Virus record (IMG/VR): IMGVR_UViG_3300032272_000034
Coordinates: 1 to 40,766 of that record
Reading direction: 5' to 3' (one strand)
DNA length: 40,766 nt
From: a virus
Taxonomy: Duplodnaviria; Caudoviricetes
The notes under the pieces are model-generated. The model had not been told where the DNA came from, did no database searches, and worked only from the letters and a program-made list of their open reading frames with translations. Positions 1-10,243 of this stretch are shown here, piece after piece. Within the stretch, counting starts at the first letter, position 1, and each line of letters begins with the position of its first letter. The translations under genes were made by a program, and so were the position numbers.

Positions 1-127
1 TAAGCTTCTCTTCTTCTTTCTATAAACTCATCAGGTGTCTCTCCCTCTACAAAACCACTACCAACACCAGCCGTTTTTATCTTCTCTAACCGTTGCTCCT
101 CTAGTAATAATATCTGACCTTGTTTTT
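1..127. repeat. Terminal direct repeat (identical to 40640-40766), assembly overlap of a circular contig
   Basis: Exact 127-bp identity of both ends; 127 is a common assembler k-mer; an ORF reads through the junction. Confidence 0.95.
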
Positions 128-914
128 CTTTAATAAGAGTTAACGCAGCTTCTGCTTTGGCCTGTGCTATTATAGACACGGTAAATGCATCTACAGCTTT
201 CTTTGCTTCATCGTAATTGTCAGCATTAGTAATAAGTTCTGTATTAAACTCTTTAAAATCTTTATTAAGAACTCTAACAGCTCTAGCTTGGTCTTCGTCA
301 CTAGCCTTCTTATCTAGTAGTATATCTGTTAATATCTTAAACTCTGTAACATTTTCGCCAGCTATCTTAGCACCTTCTTTCATGGTGTCGTTTAAATCCT
401 TTTGAGCTTGACCACCAGCTAACAAAGCATTAAACCAATTAGTTTGCACAACGGCTGTTAATGCTTGAAATGCAACTACAATACCCAAAGGCCCTAACAT
501 CGCCACACCCATAGCTTTAAGCGCATTTGTAAACCCTCCAGTCTTTTGAACTAAAGTACCGAACAAAGAACCTAATTGAGAGGCATTATTTGCCATCCCT
601 TGAATACCGAAAGCAGAATCCGAAGCACCTCGACCAAGTTCTTGCACAGCCGTATTTGCTAAACCACTAGAGTCATAAACCTTTTTAGTAGATTTAGCTA
701 AGTTTTCATTTGATTTCACAAGAGCTTTACCATTAATAGCTCTTTGCTTCTGAAGCGATTGCAGTTTTTGCTCCTCTAGTCTTAGTTTTTGTAATGCTTG
801 ACGATATTTAAGAGTACGACCATCTAAAGACTTTATTTGTTTTTCAAGGTCTTTAATCTTAATCTTAGATTGAGTTATTGTTAAATCAATTTTTATTACT
901 TTCTCAATAGCCAT
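1..914 (-). CDS. Tape measure protein, N-terminal part (continues across the junction into 40639-39652; ~633 aa total)
   Basis: Not in ORF track; ATG at 914 (MAIEKVIKIDL...), coiled coil then DSAFGIQGMANNASQL and hydrophobic stretch; 914+988 nt = 634 codons in frame. Confidence 0.85.
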   Translation of the reverse strand, partial: MAIEKVIKIDLTITQSKIKIKDLEKQIKSLDGRTLKYRQALQKLRLEEQKLQSLQKQRAINGKALVKSNENLAKSTKKVYDSSGLANTAVQELGRGASDSAFGIQGMANNASQLGSLFGTLVQKTGGFTNALKAMGVAMLGPLGIVVAFQALTAVVQTNWFNALLAGGQAQKDLNDTMKEGAKIAGENVTEFKILTDILLDKKASDEDQARAVRVLNKDFKEFNTELITNADNYDEAKKAVDAFTVSIIAQAKAEAALTLIKEKQGQILLLEEQRLEKIKTAGVGSGFVEGETPDEFIERRREA

Positions 915-1045
915 GCTCTCTTGATTTTTTCTTTATTTTGTTTCCAATCGGTAGTATATTCGTACTTTCCTTTGGCTATTTCCGTAGCTTCTCCAACGTT
1001 ATAATAATCGAACTTGTGAAGCATGTTTAAAACTGTCTCTAACAT
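896..1045 (-). CDS. Small hypothetical protein (49 aa, MLETVLNMLHKF...)
   Basis: Manual translation; fills the gap between neighbouring genes. Confidence 0.6.
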   Translation of the reverse strand: MLETVLNMLHKFDYYNVGEATEIAKGKYEYTTDWKQNKEKIKRAWLLRK

Positions 1046-1046
1046 A

Positions 1047-1637
1047 TTATCTTTTTATAACTTTACAATACCAACCGTTCACAACAATTGAACAGTCTTT
1101 ATCTGTAGTTATCTTAAATTGACCTCCGTTATCTAAGGTGTTTAAATCCCCCATGTATATTCCATTATATCTACTAACAGTCCTAGTTGCAACATTTTTA
1201 TAATCTCTACTAGATATGAAAGGTATAGAATAAGAACCAGCACCTGTACCTAGAAATAACTCAACGCTAATTGAGGTATTAACGGAAAGTGTTGTTAACA
1301 AAAACTCTAGTCTTATGTCAACCATATCACCCAACTTCAACTCACTCCAATCAAACATATTCGTGCTTGAATCCCATACGTCTGTAACACCTATTGGGGG
1401 AAACAACTTATTTGTAAAAGCACCAGCGGCGTCATTTGTCATTGAAACTGGACTTCCTGCTGCTGTGACTGATATAGAAGAACCGCTATCGTTGTAGTCA
1501 AAAAAACCATTCTTTTGCCCCTCAACACCTGTGTATAACTCTGTAAAATTATTATTAACCTTTATCATTCCCGTTCTTAACGGTTCACCGTCTCCAGAAC
1601 CAGCTGAAGTACCTACGTCTAAAAATTCTTGTGCCAT
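1047..1637 (-). CDS. Virion tail-tip/baseplate-associated protein
   Basis: N-terminal GDGEPLRTGMIKVNNNFTELY motif resembles T4 gp9/gp10-like N-terminus; tail module context. Confidence 0.6.
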   Translation of the reverse strand: MAQEFLDVGTSAGSGDGEPLRTGMIKVNNNFTELYTGVEGQKNGFFDYNDSGSSISVTAAGSPVSMTNDAAGAFTNKLFPPIGVTDVWDSSTNMFDWSELKLGDMVDIRLEFLLTTLSVNTSISVELFLGTGAGSYSIPFISSRDYKNVATRTVSRYNGIYMGDLNTLDNGGQFKITTDKDCSIVVNGWYCKVIKR

Positions 1638-1638
1638 A

Positions 1639-3675
1639 TTATATGTTATCTAATGTTATCGTTACGTTGTCTAATGTTATATCCTCTCTATCTAATGAAA
1701 CACTAAACAAAGGAGTTAAGTCTAAGTTTATAGCATTTATTAACTTGAATTTAACCTCTCTTGTTTTAATGTTTACATTCATGTTGTCAATCCTGTAGTA
1801 ATCATCCTTAATCTCTAACACATCGTTTAAGTTGATGCTCTGTATCACGTTATAAGGCAAATCTTTTACGGTTATGCTGTAAACTCTTCTTTTCTCGCTA
1901 AAAACACCCTCAATATAGTTTTGATGATGAGTTTTATATATCGTCTCAGTAATTAAATTACCGTTATACTCATTAAACTCTTCACCAAATACCGTAGAGA
2001 AAACAGGAGCATCGACACCTAAAGTATGCATAGGCATGTTTAATGCGTAAAAAGGTGTACCCACATTAGAATCACTTATTATTTTTATAGGTGAGTCCAT
2101 GACTGTATAATAATTGTAATGTAAATGCGCTTTTGGTTGTGTAGCTTCTATGTTTTCATCAGCTAACAAAGCATATTGTAAGTTCACTTCATCTGTAGCG
2201 TTTAAATCTATTATCCTTTCATAAACTATCTGTTCGAACGGCACATCATACTTTAACTCACTTCCATCAACTAATTGACCGTTTGCATCATATATAGACA
2301 ATTCTAAATCCCCATAAGCTATATCATTATTCCTTTTAGCAAACTCAGTATTTAATAAAGATGTCGGCTCTTTGAATGTGTATTTTATTTCGTTTAATAT
2401 TTTACCTTTCGATATTGTTATATTTCTATAGTCAACAAATTTATCTATATTATAAACCTTTCCTTTTCTGTAATAATTCACTAAAGAATCAACATAAACA
2501 GAACCGTCTTTCTGAACTATTGCAACTAATTTATATAACTTAAATAAGCCACTTAGATAATCTATAACTTTTAAGTCTGGTATATTGTCCGAAACAATAT
2601 AATCAGATTCAATTATTCTAAATGGAGAATTCGATGTGAAGAATGTTATAGGGTCAGTGTATCTCTTTATAGTCATGTCATACTCCAAAGGTTCGTTTGC
2701 CTCAATCTCAAAAGTTATCTTTTTAAAACTATTGAAATTAGATACAAATAAGTTGTCTTTAACATCACCGTTAAAACCTTTATCATATATAACAACACCA
2801 TCAGACTTTACTATAAGTTTAAAATCTACACCCTCAAACCCACTGCCTATATTCAAAGAATAATTTATGTAGTATGTTCCTGTCTCTTCATTTGCTAGTA
2901 TTACGTTTCCAACTGTTGTAGGATCATTAGTACTTACTATAGGTACCTCCTCTTTAAATATGTTCTTAATTTTACCGCTTAAAAGCATGTATAAATTAGA
3001 GAACTCATTGCCACCAAAGAAGTCTCTACTAAAAACTAAATTATATTTAGTCTCAATAGCTTCAATTATAGTTAAATTCTTTATACTTGCTTTAGGTTCG
3101 CTAAACTTTACACCACTATTAGCATCAGCGCCGTTGTAGTATATATTTGTTTGAGTATCGTTTACAGGTGTTGCATTGGAAGAGTCATAAAGATATCTTC
3201 TATTACCGAATAAAGACATTATTATATCACCTTGATTAACCAACCTACTACCCACATTGATAGAATCATGAGCAAAATCCAAAGCACTAAAATCTAAATC
3301 AGACAATTTATCATCTGTAAGTAAGTCTTTTAAAGTTACTAAGTTACCAAAGAAGTCTAAAGAGTAACTACTAGGTCTATTAGATTTCATTACTACTTTA
3401 TTCAGTCTAAACTTGCCGACTTTATAATTAATACCGTTTAGCTCAATTGTACCATCAATCTTCTTCCTAGCATCGAACCCGTTTACGACATTAGCGTTAT
3501 AGTAGTGTTTAAATATCCTATTATTAACATCACTAGCGGGAACACTAAAAGAATTAGATGTATCTGTAAACACCTTCTTTATATCTTCAATATCAGATAC
3601 TTTGTTTTTTATAACAATATCTTCATCTTCAAATAAATCAAGTCTATCAGTGCCTAAATAAAGTGCTGTTATCAT
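1639..3675 (-). CDS. Large tail tip/hub structural protein
   Basis: 678 aa, beta-rich, LDLFEDE...SFSVPAS..NN.IF N-terminus typical of Bacteroidota siphovirus tail proteins. Confidence 0.65.
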   Translation of the reverse strand: MITALYLGTDRLDLFEDEDIVIKNKVSDIEDIKKVFTDTSNSFSVPASDVNNRIFKHYYNANVVNGFDARKKIDGTIELNGINYKVGKFRLNKVVMKSNRPSSYSLDFFGNLVTLKDLLTDDKLSDLDFSALDFAHDSINVGSRLVNQGDIIMSLFGNRRYLYDSSNATPVNDTQTNIYYNGADANSGVKFSEPKASIKNLTIIEAIETKYNLVFSRDFFGGNEFSNLYMLLSGKIKNIFKEEVPIVSTNDPTTVGNVILANEETGTYYINYSLNIGSGFEGVDFKLIVKSDGVVIYDKGFNGDVKDNLFVSNFNSFKKITFEIEANEPLEYDMTIKRYTDPITFFTSNSPFRIIESDYIVSDNIPDLKVIDYLSGLFKLYKLVAIVQKDGSVYVDSLVNYYRKGKVYNIDKFVDYRNITISKGKILNEIKYTFKEPTSLLNTEFAKRNNDIAYGDLELSIYDANGQLVDGSELKYDVPFEQIVYERIIDLNATDEVNLQYALLADENIEATQPKAHLHYNYYTVMDSPIKIISDSNVGTPFYALNMPMHTLGVDAPVFSTVFGEEFNEYNGNLITETIYKTHHQNYIEGVFSEKRRVYSITVKDLPYNVIQSINLNDVLEIKDDYYRIDNMNVNIKTREVKFKLINAINLDLTPLFSVSLDREDITLDNVTITLDNI

Positions 3676-4739
3676 ATATTATTAACCTCGTTAAATGCAT
3701 AATCAAACTCAATGTTGTAGTTAATAAGCCTCTCTCTTTGCCTAGTCTTAAACTCTTGATTAGATTTAGAAACCCTTACAGGTGTAAAAACAGAACCATC
3801 GTAAATCCATGAGGTTCTCTTTATTAACAACTGCTTTATTATTTCGTTATTATCCTCTGACATAAACCCACTATTAATACTAAAACTTGATTTAGCGGAT
3901 TGATTGTAATCAATATCTTGATGCACACCATCTAAAGGTTGACCATCACCACTTTCGTAAGTCTCACTACTTGTTTTAATAGAGTCTTTTTTGTCTTTAA
4001 AGAATGTTACAGACTGTAATTGCCCCTCTTTGTTTATAAAGAATATATCTTTAGGAGAGTATCTTAATTCATTATTAATAATAAGCGTGCAAACAACCGA
4101 GCCGTTGTAACTAATTTCAATGAACTCCTCTTCAACAGCTTCAGCGACATTAACCCAAACAGATTTAACAGATTCACCTGAATTAATATTCAAGGGTTCT
4201 GTATATGATTTATTTATAGTGTTATTGGGGTATGAAACAATCAATACATCAGTAGGTACTGTCTCGCTAAGGAACACGGGTAAAGAAAAGAAACTATTGC
4301 TATTTACATTCACCTCTTCTACACTAGATAAAACCCCATTACTAGGAGTACTACCATTTACCCCATCTATTCCGTAAGTATATCCTTTTAATGCAATGTC
4401 TGTATCTATAAATTCTGGAGATTGAGCCACATCGTTTATGTAATATATAACTTGACTTTTAACCCATACTTGGCTATTAGTAGATATCAATTCAGTCGTA
4501 GCAGATTGATACAGGTTAACACTTAAAAAGTCATTTACATAAGGACTGATATTAACATTGGAATCTCCTAGCCTAGCTAAAGGGTTAACGTTCTCTATCT
4601 CATAAGATGCTGTTACTGGAACACTTGTTTTATCTCCATTCCACACGTATAATTCTAGTATATACTTATCAGGCGTTATACCACTGCTTGGACTTAACCA
4701 AGGAATAGTTTTGTAATGTGGTGATAATGTTTTTATCAT
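3672..4739 (-). CDS. Tail structural protein (distal-tail-like)
   Basis: 355 aa, overlapping start/stop in tail operon. Confidence 0.55.
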   Translation of the reverse strand: MIKTLSPHYKTIPWLSPSSGITPDKYILELYVWNGDKTSVPVTASYEIENVNPLARLGDSNVNISPYVNDFLSVNLYQSATTELISTNSQVWVKSQVIYYINDVAQSPEFIDTDIALKGYTYGIDGVNGSTPSNGVLSSVEEVNVNSNSFFSLPVFLSETVPTDVLIVSYPNNTINKSYTEPLNINSGESVKSVWVNVAEAVEEEFIEISYNGSVVCTLIINNELRYSPKDIFFINKEGQLQSVTFFKDKKDSIKTSSETYESGDGQPLDGVHQDIDYNQSAKSSFSINSGFMSEDNNEIIKQLLIKRTSWIYDGSVFTPVRVSKSNQEFKTRQRERLINYNIEFDYAFNEVNNI

Positions 4740-5275
4740 TTTAACGCTTGTTTTAATAGTTTATCCACTTCTAATGAGTAGTTGTTTACTAATTGTTCAG
4801 GTAGTCTCTCGAAAGCAGCTGTAAATGGTTTAGTAAAGAAATTAGTTGTCTTTAATCCTTTATTGTAAATACTACTAGATATCAAACTAGCTGTTTGTTT
4901 AAATGTCATAAACCTACCAGTCTTTCTATCTCTGAATTGTATTCGCTTTCTATTTACGTAAGTCTCTATACTATCACTTAAACCACCTTTCTTTCTGCCA
5001 CTTCCTGAACTTTTACCGAATCTAAAAGGACTGGTCGGAGCTTTTAAACTACTATTCTTTCCTCTTACACCCTTATCAACAAACTTTCCGTAGTCGTCCA
5101 TTAAGAACTCTAGTTGAAAGCTATTTTTACTTATCTTTAACTTATATTGAATAGAGTTATATAAACCCTTTGTATCATTCTTACTCTTCTTTGTTAAAGC
5201 TGTTTTAGACTCCTTTACGACAACTTTCCCAAACCTATTTAAACTATTTGTTAATTCTTGCTTTCCTAACCGCAT
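4736..5275 (-). CDS. Tail completion/neck protein (HK97 gp10-like)
   Basis: Basic protein, YGKFVDKG and FFTKPF motifs, context. Confidence 0.55.
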   Translation of the reverse strand: MRLGKQELTNSLNRFGKVVVKESKTALTKKSKNDTKGLYNSIQYKLKISKNSFQLEFLMDDYGKFVDKGVRGKNSSLKAPTSPFRFGKSSGSGRKKGGLSDSIETYVNRKRIQFRDRKTGRFMTFKQTASLISSSIYNKGLKTTNFFTKPFTAAFERLPEQLVNNYSLEVDKLLKQALK

Positions 5276-5739
5276 AGTGAAATAGTTGTATTTGGCATTT
5301 CAACAGTAAAACTAAGTATCCAACCGTCTAAGGTGTTTGTTCCTTCGTCTAAAGTTTGTTGAAGTGTTGGGTTTTCGGTAGTAGATATATCTGAGTCAGT
5401 AAAGCCTGTGTAAATCTTTGACCATAGTCGATTCAAAATAGCCAACATTTCGTTAAGGTTGTCAACCTCATTATCCTGAAGCCAAAACTTATCAGAAACC
5501 ACTTCTTTATTTATATCCCTAACAGCGTGAGCTCCTAGTTGTACGTTAAATGAAACTGTAGAGCCATTGCTAAATTGAGCATCACCGATAGACACATGAA
5601 CTAACGGAAATATATTCTTTTTATCTAAATCTAATCTATTAAAACTGCCTTGAGTTATAGTATTAACCAAGGGGTCAGCCTCGGCTAATGCTTTTATAAA
5701 ATATAGTAATTCCGTATAATGATTTAAACCTCCTGCCAT
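5266..5739 (-). CDS. Putative tail terminator
   Basis: 157 aa acidic, FPLVHV motif, context. Confidence 0.5.
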   Translation of the reverse strand: MAGGLNHYTELLYFIKALAEADPLVNTITQGSFNRLDLDKKNIFPLVHVSIGDAQFSNGSTVSFNVQLGAHAVRDINKEVVSDKFWLQDNEVDNLNEMLAILNRLWSKIYTGFTDSDISTTENPTLQQTLDEGTNTLDGWILSFTVEMPNTTISLCG

Positions 5740-5741
5740 TC

Positions 5742-6011
5742 TTATAATATTTGTACGTCTTTACCTTTTGTATGTATCGTGTGCTTTAACTTATTACTGT
5801 CGTTACGTATCGCCATTACTCCATGAATTGCGAAGATGTTTTCTTTACCTAGCTTTCTTATCTTAAAATAGTCACCATCCGCTAAGTCGTATATAGTGGC
5901 AAAGAATCCCCATTTATTAAAATAATCTAAAGCGACTGATCCGTCAGTTGTTCCGCCTTCATATATCTCAGGAAAGGCTTCTCTAATTCTTGATACAAGG
6001 TCAAAAAAAAA
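5742..6011 (-). CDS. -1 frameshift extension of the tail chaperone (GT-like): DLVSRIREAFPEIY...KWGFFATIYDLADGD...QIL*
   Basis: Open -1 frame from the T9 run (A9 at 6003-6011) to a stop at 5742-5744, just before the next gene. Confidence 0.7.
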   Translation of the reverse strand, partial: FFFDLVSRIREAFPEIYEGGTTDGSVALDYFNKWGFFATIYDLADGDYFKIRKLGKENIFAIHGVMAIRNDSNKLKHTIHTKGKDVQIL

Positions 6012-6493
6012 CCCATAGCTCCATTTACTACGTTCATTTTACATTGCTTCATTAATTCGGCATAGTCACCTGTACCATTGTACTCAACTATGGAGTAGTT
6101 GTTAAACTTACCGCTCTTCTTAATAGGTCTAAATAAAACAGCCATTAACTTATTTATGTTATTTGGGTCATTCGCATATCTAATAGCATCAGTGTATTCG
6201 TTAGCGGTCATCTTGTCAATATTTGGAATAAATCCAAACTCAATCCCGTCTAAAACAAATCTATTCACAAACTCAGATTGTACATCCATAGCACCTAAAC
6301 AAAGCATATATATAGTATCAATTTCTTTCTTTGAAATATCACCCATCAACGCAATATCAAGACCCGTAAATATGTTAACAACCTTTTCCTTATACAAAGG
6401 GTCATCGTCATTTTCACGCATCAATTCGTAAGCCATAGACTGCTCTAATGTTACATCTGAAATGTTTTCGGGTATGTTTATTTTAAGCTCCAA
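5927..6493 (-). CDS. Tail assembly chaperone (G-like), short product
   Basis: Ends shortly after slippery GGT TTT TTT TTG. Confidence 0.65.
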   Translation of the reverse strand: MELKINIPENISDVTLEQSMAYELMRENDDDPLYKEKVVNIFTGLDIALMGDISKKEIDTIYMLCLGAMDVQSEFVNRFVLDGIEFGFIPNIDKMTANEYTDAIRYANDPNNINKLMAVLFRPIKKSGKFNNYSIVEYNGTGDYAELMKQCKMNVVNGAMGFFLTLYQELEKPFLRYMKAEQLTDQSL

Positions 6494-6519
6494 TCAATCT
6501 ATTTTAATGTTATACTATA

Positions 6520-6546
6520 ATAACTATAAATTAAATGATTTGTTAC
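6520..6546 (-). promoter_or_regulatory. Phage late promoter GTAAC-N17-GTTAT
   Basis: One of four copies with identical spacing. Confidence 0.75.
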
Positions 6547-6548
6547 TA

Positions 6549-7922
6549 TTATCTAAAGTCTATGTAACCAGAGCCGCCACCTAAAGAATGATACACAGCG
6601 TATCTAATAGCGTCTATTAAATGATTCCATGTATCTTTATATAGTTTAGCTCCTTTGTCTGCGTACACATGGTTGTTAAACTCCTTAACAATATTAAAAC
6701 TATTCTCTTCTACTATTATTCCGTAGTCTTGTAGTATCATAATACCAGCAGATATCGAGCCTTGACCTTTTTTAACAGCTCTAATATTAACTCTCAACTT
6801 CTTTACTTCAACAATCAATCTAGGCTCAGCACTATCTGCAACTATCAAACCATTACCAGCGTGCGCCTTGTTTATCTCAGCTATCTGAGAAGTAGTTAAG
6901 TGTGGTTTATATAATAATTCTTTTACATATATCTTCTTCAGGCTCTTATCAATCGCAACAGCTACTAATGTCGTAGGATCTGAACTAAAACCGAAATCTT
7001 GACCGTATATCAACTGTAAGTTATCAGGATTGAAAGCCCCATGTTTCCAATTAGTTATGACAACTCCTTCAGCTCTAGTCTTAAACCCTCCTAATATCTT
7101 GTGTTTGTATTCTTTGTAGTCTTTAAGTACTTTATTAGGTAGTAAATCTCTTTTATCTACAGAAGTGTCTAAGTATATTTGATAGTTCTTTCTTAGAGCC
7201 TCATACTCATTCCAATTGGCTTCTGTCATATTCTCCTTACCATTATCTAAGTAAGTAGAGTGTATGTAAAGAGTATTGTGCTTAACACCATTGAATCCTT
7301 CAGGAACATCTGTATAAAATTGTTCATACAGCCAATGCTCTGTCGTTGGTGGGTTGAACACTATAATAGATAAGGTTTGTACATCTTTGGCACGCATGGA
7401 CCTTTTAGTCTTGTTCCATGACTCGTAGCTCTCTAACTCCTCCCCTTCGTCAGTCTCAAATATACTAAAGTCTTCTAATGATTTAAGTTTTGCGGTTTGA
7501 GTACCTACACTTGTCTTTTGACCTGTAATAGATATTTTACCCACCCTTTCATTACCTTGATTGTCATTCTTTAAAGAGTATATCTTATTTGCTAATACGA
7601 AATCTGATTCCATACCTAGCATTTCTATCCTATTCTCTAAGGCTTCTGTAATCGAATTATCAGTACTTGACATTGTTTGTCTAGTGTACAAAACTCTATG
7701 ACCATAGTCTCTTGCAGCAATAGGATTAAAACAACTCAAAGCAAATGACTTACCACTATCACGACCTCCAGACATTAACACTGTGGTTACTTTGGATAAG
7801 TTAATCCAATACTCTTGCTCTTCGCTATTATACAAATCAGTAAATGACCTATCATTCACAACGTTACGTGCTTCTAATAGGTCAAATAATGGCTGATATA
7901 TGTCTGAGAATGTTACTTCCAA
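6549..7922 (-). CDS. terL: Terminase large subunit (PBSX-like)
   Basis: Walker A GGRDSGKS, FNPP motif, QDFGFSSDPT, DSAEP, NHLIDAIRYA. Confidence 0.95.
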   Translation of the reverse strand: MEVTFSDIYQPLFDLLEARNVVNDRSFTDLYNSEEQEYWINLSKVTTVLMSGGRDSGKSFALSCFNPIAARDYGHRVLYTRQTMSSTDNSITEALENRIEMLGMESDFVLANKIYSLKNDNQGNERVGKISITGQKTSVGTQTAKLKSLEDFSIFETDEGEELESYESWNKTKRSMRAKDVQTLSIIVFNPPTTEHWLYEQFYTDVPEGFNGVKHNTLYIHSTYLDNGKENMTEANWNEYEALRKNYQIYLDTSVDKRDLLPNKVLKDYKEYKHKILGGFKTRAEGVVITNWKHGAFNPDNLQLIYGQDFGFSSDPTTLVAVAIDKSLKKIYVKELLYKPHLTTSQIAEINKAHAGNGLIVADSAEPRLIVEVKKLRVNIRAVKKGQGSISAGIMILQDYGIIVEENSFNIVKEFNNHVYADKGAKLYKDTWNHLIDAIRYAVYHSLGGGSGYIDFR

Positions 7923-8179
7923 ATGTCGTCTTCTATTTTTTTTAAATCACTGTCTTTCTTGTCTTTATGTACCCTATCTATCCATTTATTAGAAACAAAC
8001 ATATCATCATAATGCTTTTTATCCAATAGATATGCTAAACCTTTTTTTATAGATGGTATTTCTACAACTAAAATATCTTTATAAGTATTTAGATTATATT
8101 CCAAGTTATGTATAAAAATAAGCTCAACACCACTACCTATGTGCTTACACGAACTAATCATATCATCAAACGCTTTCAT
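7913..8179 (-). CDS. Hypothetical protein
   Basis: ORF overlapping both neighbours. Confidence 0.6.
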   Translation of the reverse strand: MKAFDDMISSCKHIGSGVELIFIHNLEYNLNTYKDILVVEIPSIKKGLAYLLDKKHYDDMFVSNKWIDRVHKDKKDSDLKKIEDDIWK

Positions 8180-8391
8180 ATTCTTTTTAATTTACCAAAA
8201 TTATCCTTAATGTTTTTAGCGCATAAGTAGGTGTCAGATATATTATTCCATTCTATCTCACTAAACTTTAAATCAATACCTATTATTGATTGAAGATACT
8301 TGAAGTTGTCATTAATTTTCTGCATACCACTGTACATTGTCTCACCATCACCAGCCCCTTGTTTACTTCCTATATTAACCTCCTTTAACAT
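8176..8391 (-). CDS. Small protein similar to the N-terminus of 1047-1637
   Basis: GAGDGETMYSGMQKINDNF vs GSGDGEPLRTGMIKVNNNF. Confidence 0.65.
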   Translation of the reverse strand: MLKEVNIGSKQGAGDGETMYSGMQKINDNFKYLQSIIGIDLKFSEIEWNNISDTYLCAKNIKDNFGKLKRI

Positions 8392-8782
8392 TTCTTTTAT
8401 TCTTAAAATTAATAGTAACCTTATCGGTTACAATATCACCTTTCTTTTGTTTATTATGCTCTTCGTATAAAGCAATCAGCTTATTCTGTTCTTGTATTGC
8501 CTTTATCTTATCCGACGCTCTTTCGTCTTTTGACTCTATGATATCATCTAATCTTTTAAGTTGCTTAGACATCGTTATACCTAGCTCATTTGCCTTGTTT
8601 GATGTCTTTGTGTTCATGTACTCTTTCATTCGAGGAATTTCGACCAACGTTCTAAATGAGGAGTCGGCACTTTCATAGCTTGAATCAGTATAGAATTTTA
8701 AGTAAGCTTGTGTACCGTTAAATCCATTAATAAACCATTCATCTATAACTAAGCAATACTTTTTAAATGTCGAGTCCTTCAT
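8375..8782 (-). CDS. terS: Terminase small subunit
   Basis: FNGTQAY HTH motif, DKIKA motif, upstream of terL. Confidence 0.8.
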   Translation of the reverse strand: MKDSTFKKYCLVIDEWFINGFNGTQAYLKFYTDSSYESADSSFRTLVEIPRMKEYMNTKTSNKANELGITMSKQLKRLDDIIESKDERASDKIKAIQEQNKLIALYEEHNKQKKGDIVTDKVTINFKNKRNVKGG

Positions 8783-9073
8783 ATTAAAACTTCTTTCTTG
8801 TTCTAAGATACTTACCTAAGCTATTCCATTTACCTATTGATTGCTTTCTCTTCTCCAACCTTGTTTCTGTTGTTGTAACCATTATTCATTGTTTAATTCT
8901 GTCATTATCTTAACCACTGTAACGAAGTCTCTATCCAACCAGTCATCTACAGTCGTTCTACCACTTGTTACTATGATCCAATCATCCATCTACCTATATT
9001 TACTAATCCTATTACGGTTGTAAAAGCACCAATAATAAACACTAAAGTAAATAGAGCTGCTAATACTAATTTT

Positions 9074-9523
9074 TTATGTTTCATTTTTCAATATCTTTAA
9101 TCTTATTGATTGTATCCTTCTAAATACATCTACTTTATAAGTTCCTTCTCTCTCTGCTATAGATTCGTAAGTGTCTCCTTCTGAGTGTAGCTTTAATATC
9201 CTCTTATCAAATTCACTAAGACTGTCTATGTATTGCAAAACTTTAATATCCTTATCTTCTAATTCAAAAGATTGTGAGGTTGATGGCTGGTCAATTAAGC
9301 TATCAATATCAATAAAGCTTATATTCTTCTTAAACTTATCTTTAAAGCTATTTAACAATATAAAATAAACATATCCGTCTGTTAACTTCTCGCTAGGTAT
9401 TTTTCTGTTATGAACTTTAACATACATGTCTTGCACTAAATCTTCTGCATCTTGTTTGTTTTTACATAGATTAAATGCTGTGCTTATCCATTTATTATGC
9501 TTTCTAGAGAGTTTATCTAACAT
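9074..9523 (-). CDS. ECF-like RNA polymerase sigma factor (late gene activator)
   Basis: DAEDLVQDMYVK region 2 motif; region 4 HTH (TYESIAE). Confidence 0.85.
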   Translation of the reverse strand: MLDKLSRKHNKWISTAFNLCKNKQDAEDLVQDMYVKVHNRKIPSEKLTDGYVYFILLNSFKDKFKKNISFIDIDSLIDQPSTSQSFELEDKDIKVLQYIDSLSEFDKRILKLHSEGDTYESIAEREGTYKVDVFRRIQSIRLKILKNET

Positions 9524-9535
9524 ATATGTATTAAT

Positions 9536-9562
9536 ATAACTTTAATTATTGTGAATTGTTAC
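9536..9562 (-). promoter_or_regulatory. Phage late promoter GTAAC-N17-GTTAT upstream of the sigma gene
   Basis: Same motif and spacing. Confidence 0.7.
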
Positions 9563-9620
9563 TTTTTGAAAACCTCCCATCAATTTTTAAATATCAAGGA
9601 GGGAAAACAAAAATTATATT

Positions 9621-9968
9621 TTAAAAAGGTAAATCGTCTGGTTCTGCGTTATTACTTACAGCTGGTTGTAATTGTTCTACTGATGGTAAGTCTTGTGCTT
9701 CTACCTTTTCAATTCTCCAACCAACAATAGAGTTAAAGTACTTGGCAACCCCCTCTGGATTAATCCACTCTTTACCACGAATATTAATAGATACTTTAAT
9801 GTCATCGCCTACCTTGTAAGAGTCTATTAAATCCACCTTGTCTTGGCGTAATTCTAATTGAATCATTTGAGGGTATTGGTCGTCTGTTGTTAATACAAAT
9901 TCTCTCTTTTGAAATGTTCCAAACGTTTGTGTTTCGTTTATTAGTTTAATCTTTCCTGTTACTTCCAT
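9621..9968 (-). CDS. DUF3127-like single-stranded DNA-binding protein
   Basis: FQKREFV, YPQ, YFNSIVGWRI and acidic DDLPF tail. Confidence 0.85.
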   Translation of the reverse strand: MEVTGKIKLINETQTFGTFQKREFVLTTDDQYPQMIQLELRQDKVDLIDSYKVGDDIKVSINIRGKEWINPEGVAKYFNSIVGWRIEKVEAQDLPSVEQLQPAVSNNAEPDDLPF

Positions 9969-10024
9969 GTTATTTATTTAATTGTTTTAATTCGTTCTCT
10001 AATATTTCATTTTTTGTAATAGTA

Positions 10025-10240
10025 TTATCGTTTATCGCCTTCTCTAACACAAGCCATAAATAAACCAATAAATAAAGATACTAAAACACAACCTATTATA
10101 GTGATTGTTACTGATATAATTGTTTTATTTACAGCATAAAGAAAAACAGAAACGAGTGCTATAAATGAAAATAATACATCTTTTGAAATTGCTTTAACGT
10201 CTTCATCTGTTATTTCTCTTTTTAATTTATTATTTTCCAT
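10025..10240 (-). CDS. Small membrane protein
   Basis: Two hydrophobic segments. Confidence 0.6.
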   Translation of the reverse strand: MENNKLKREITDEDVKAISKDVLFSFIALVSVFLYAVNKTIISVTITIIGCVLVSLFIGLFMACVREGDKR

Positions 10241-10243
10241 TAT

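Noticed and set aside
1-127. Terminal repeat as a biological DTR
   Set aside because: Length equals a standard assembler k-mer and it lies mid-gene; it only indicates circularity.
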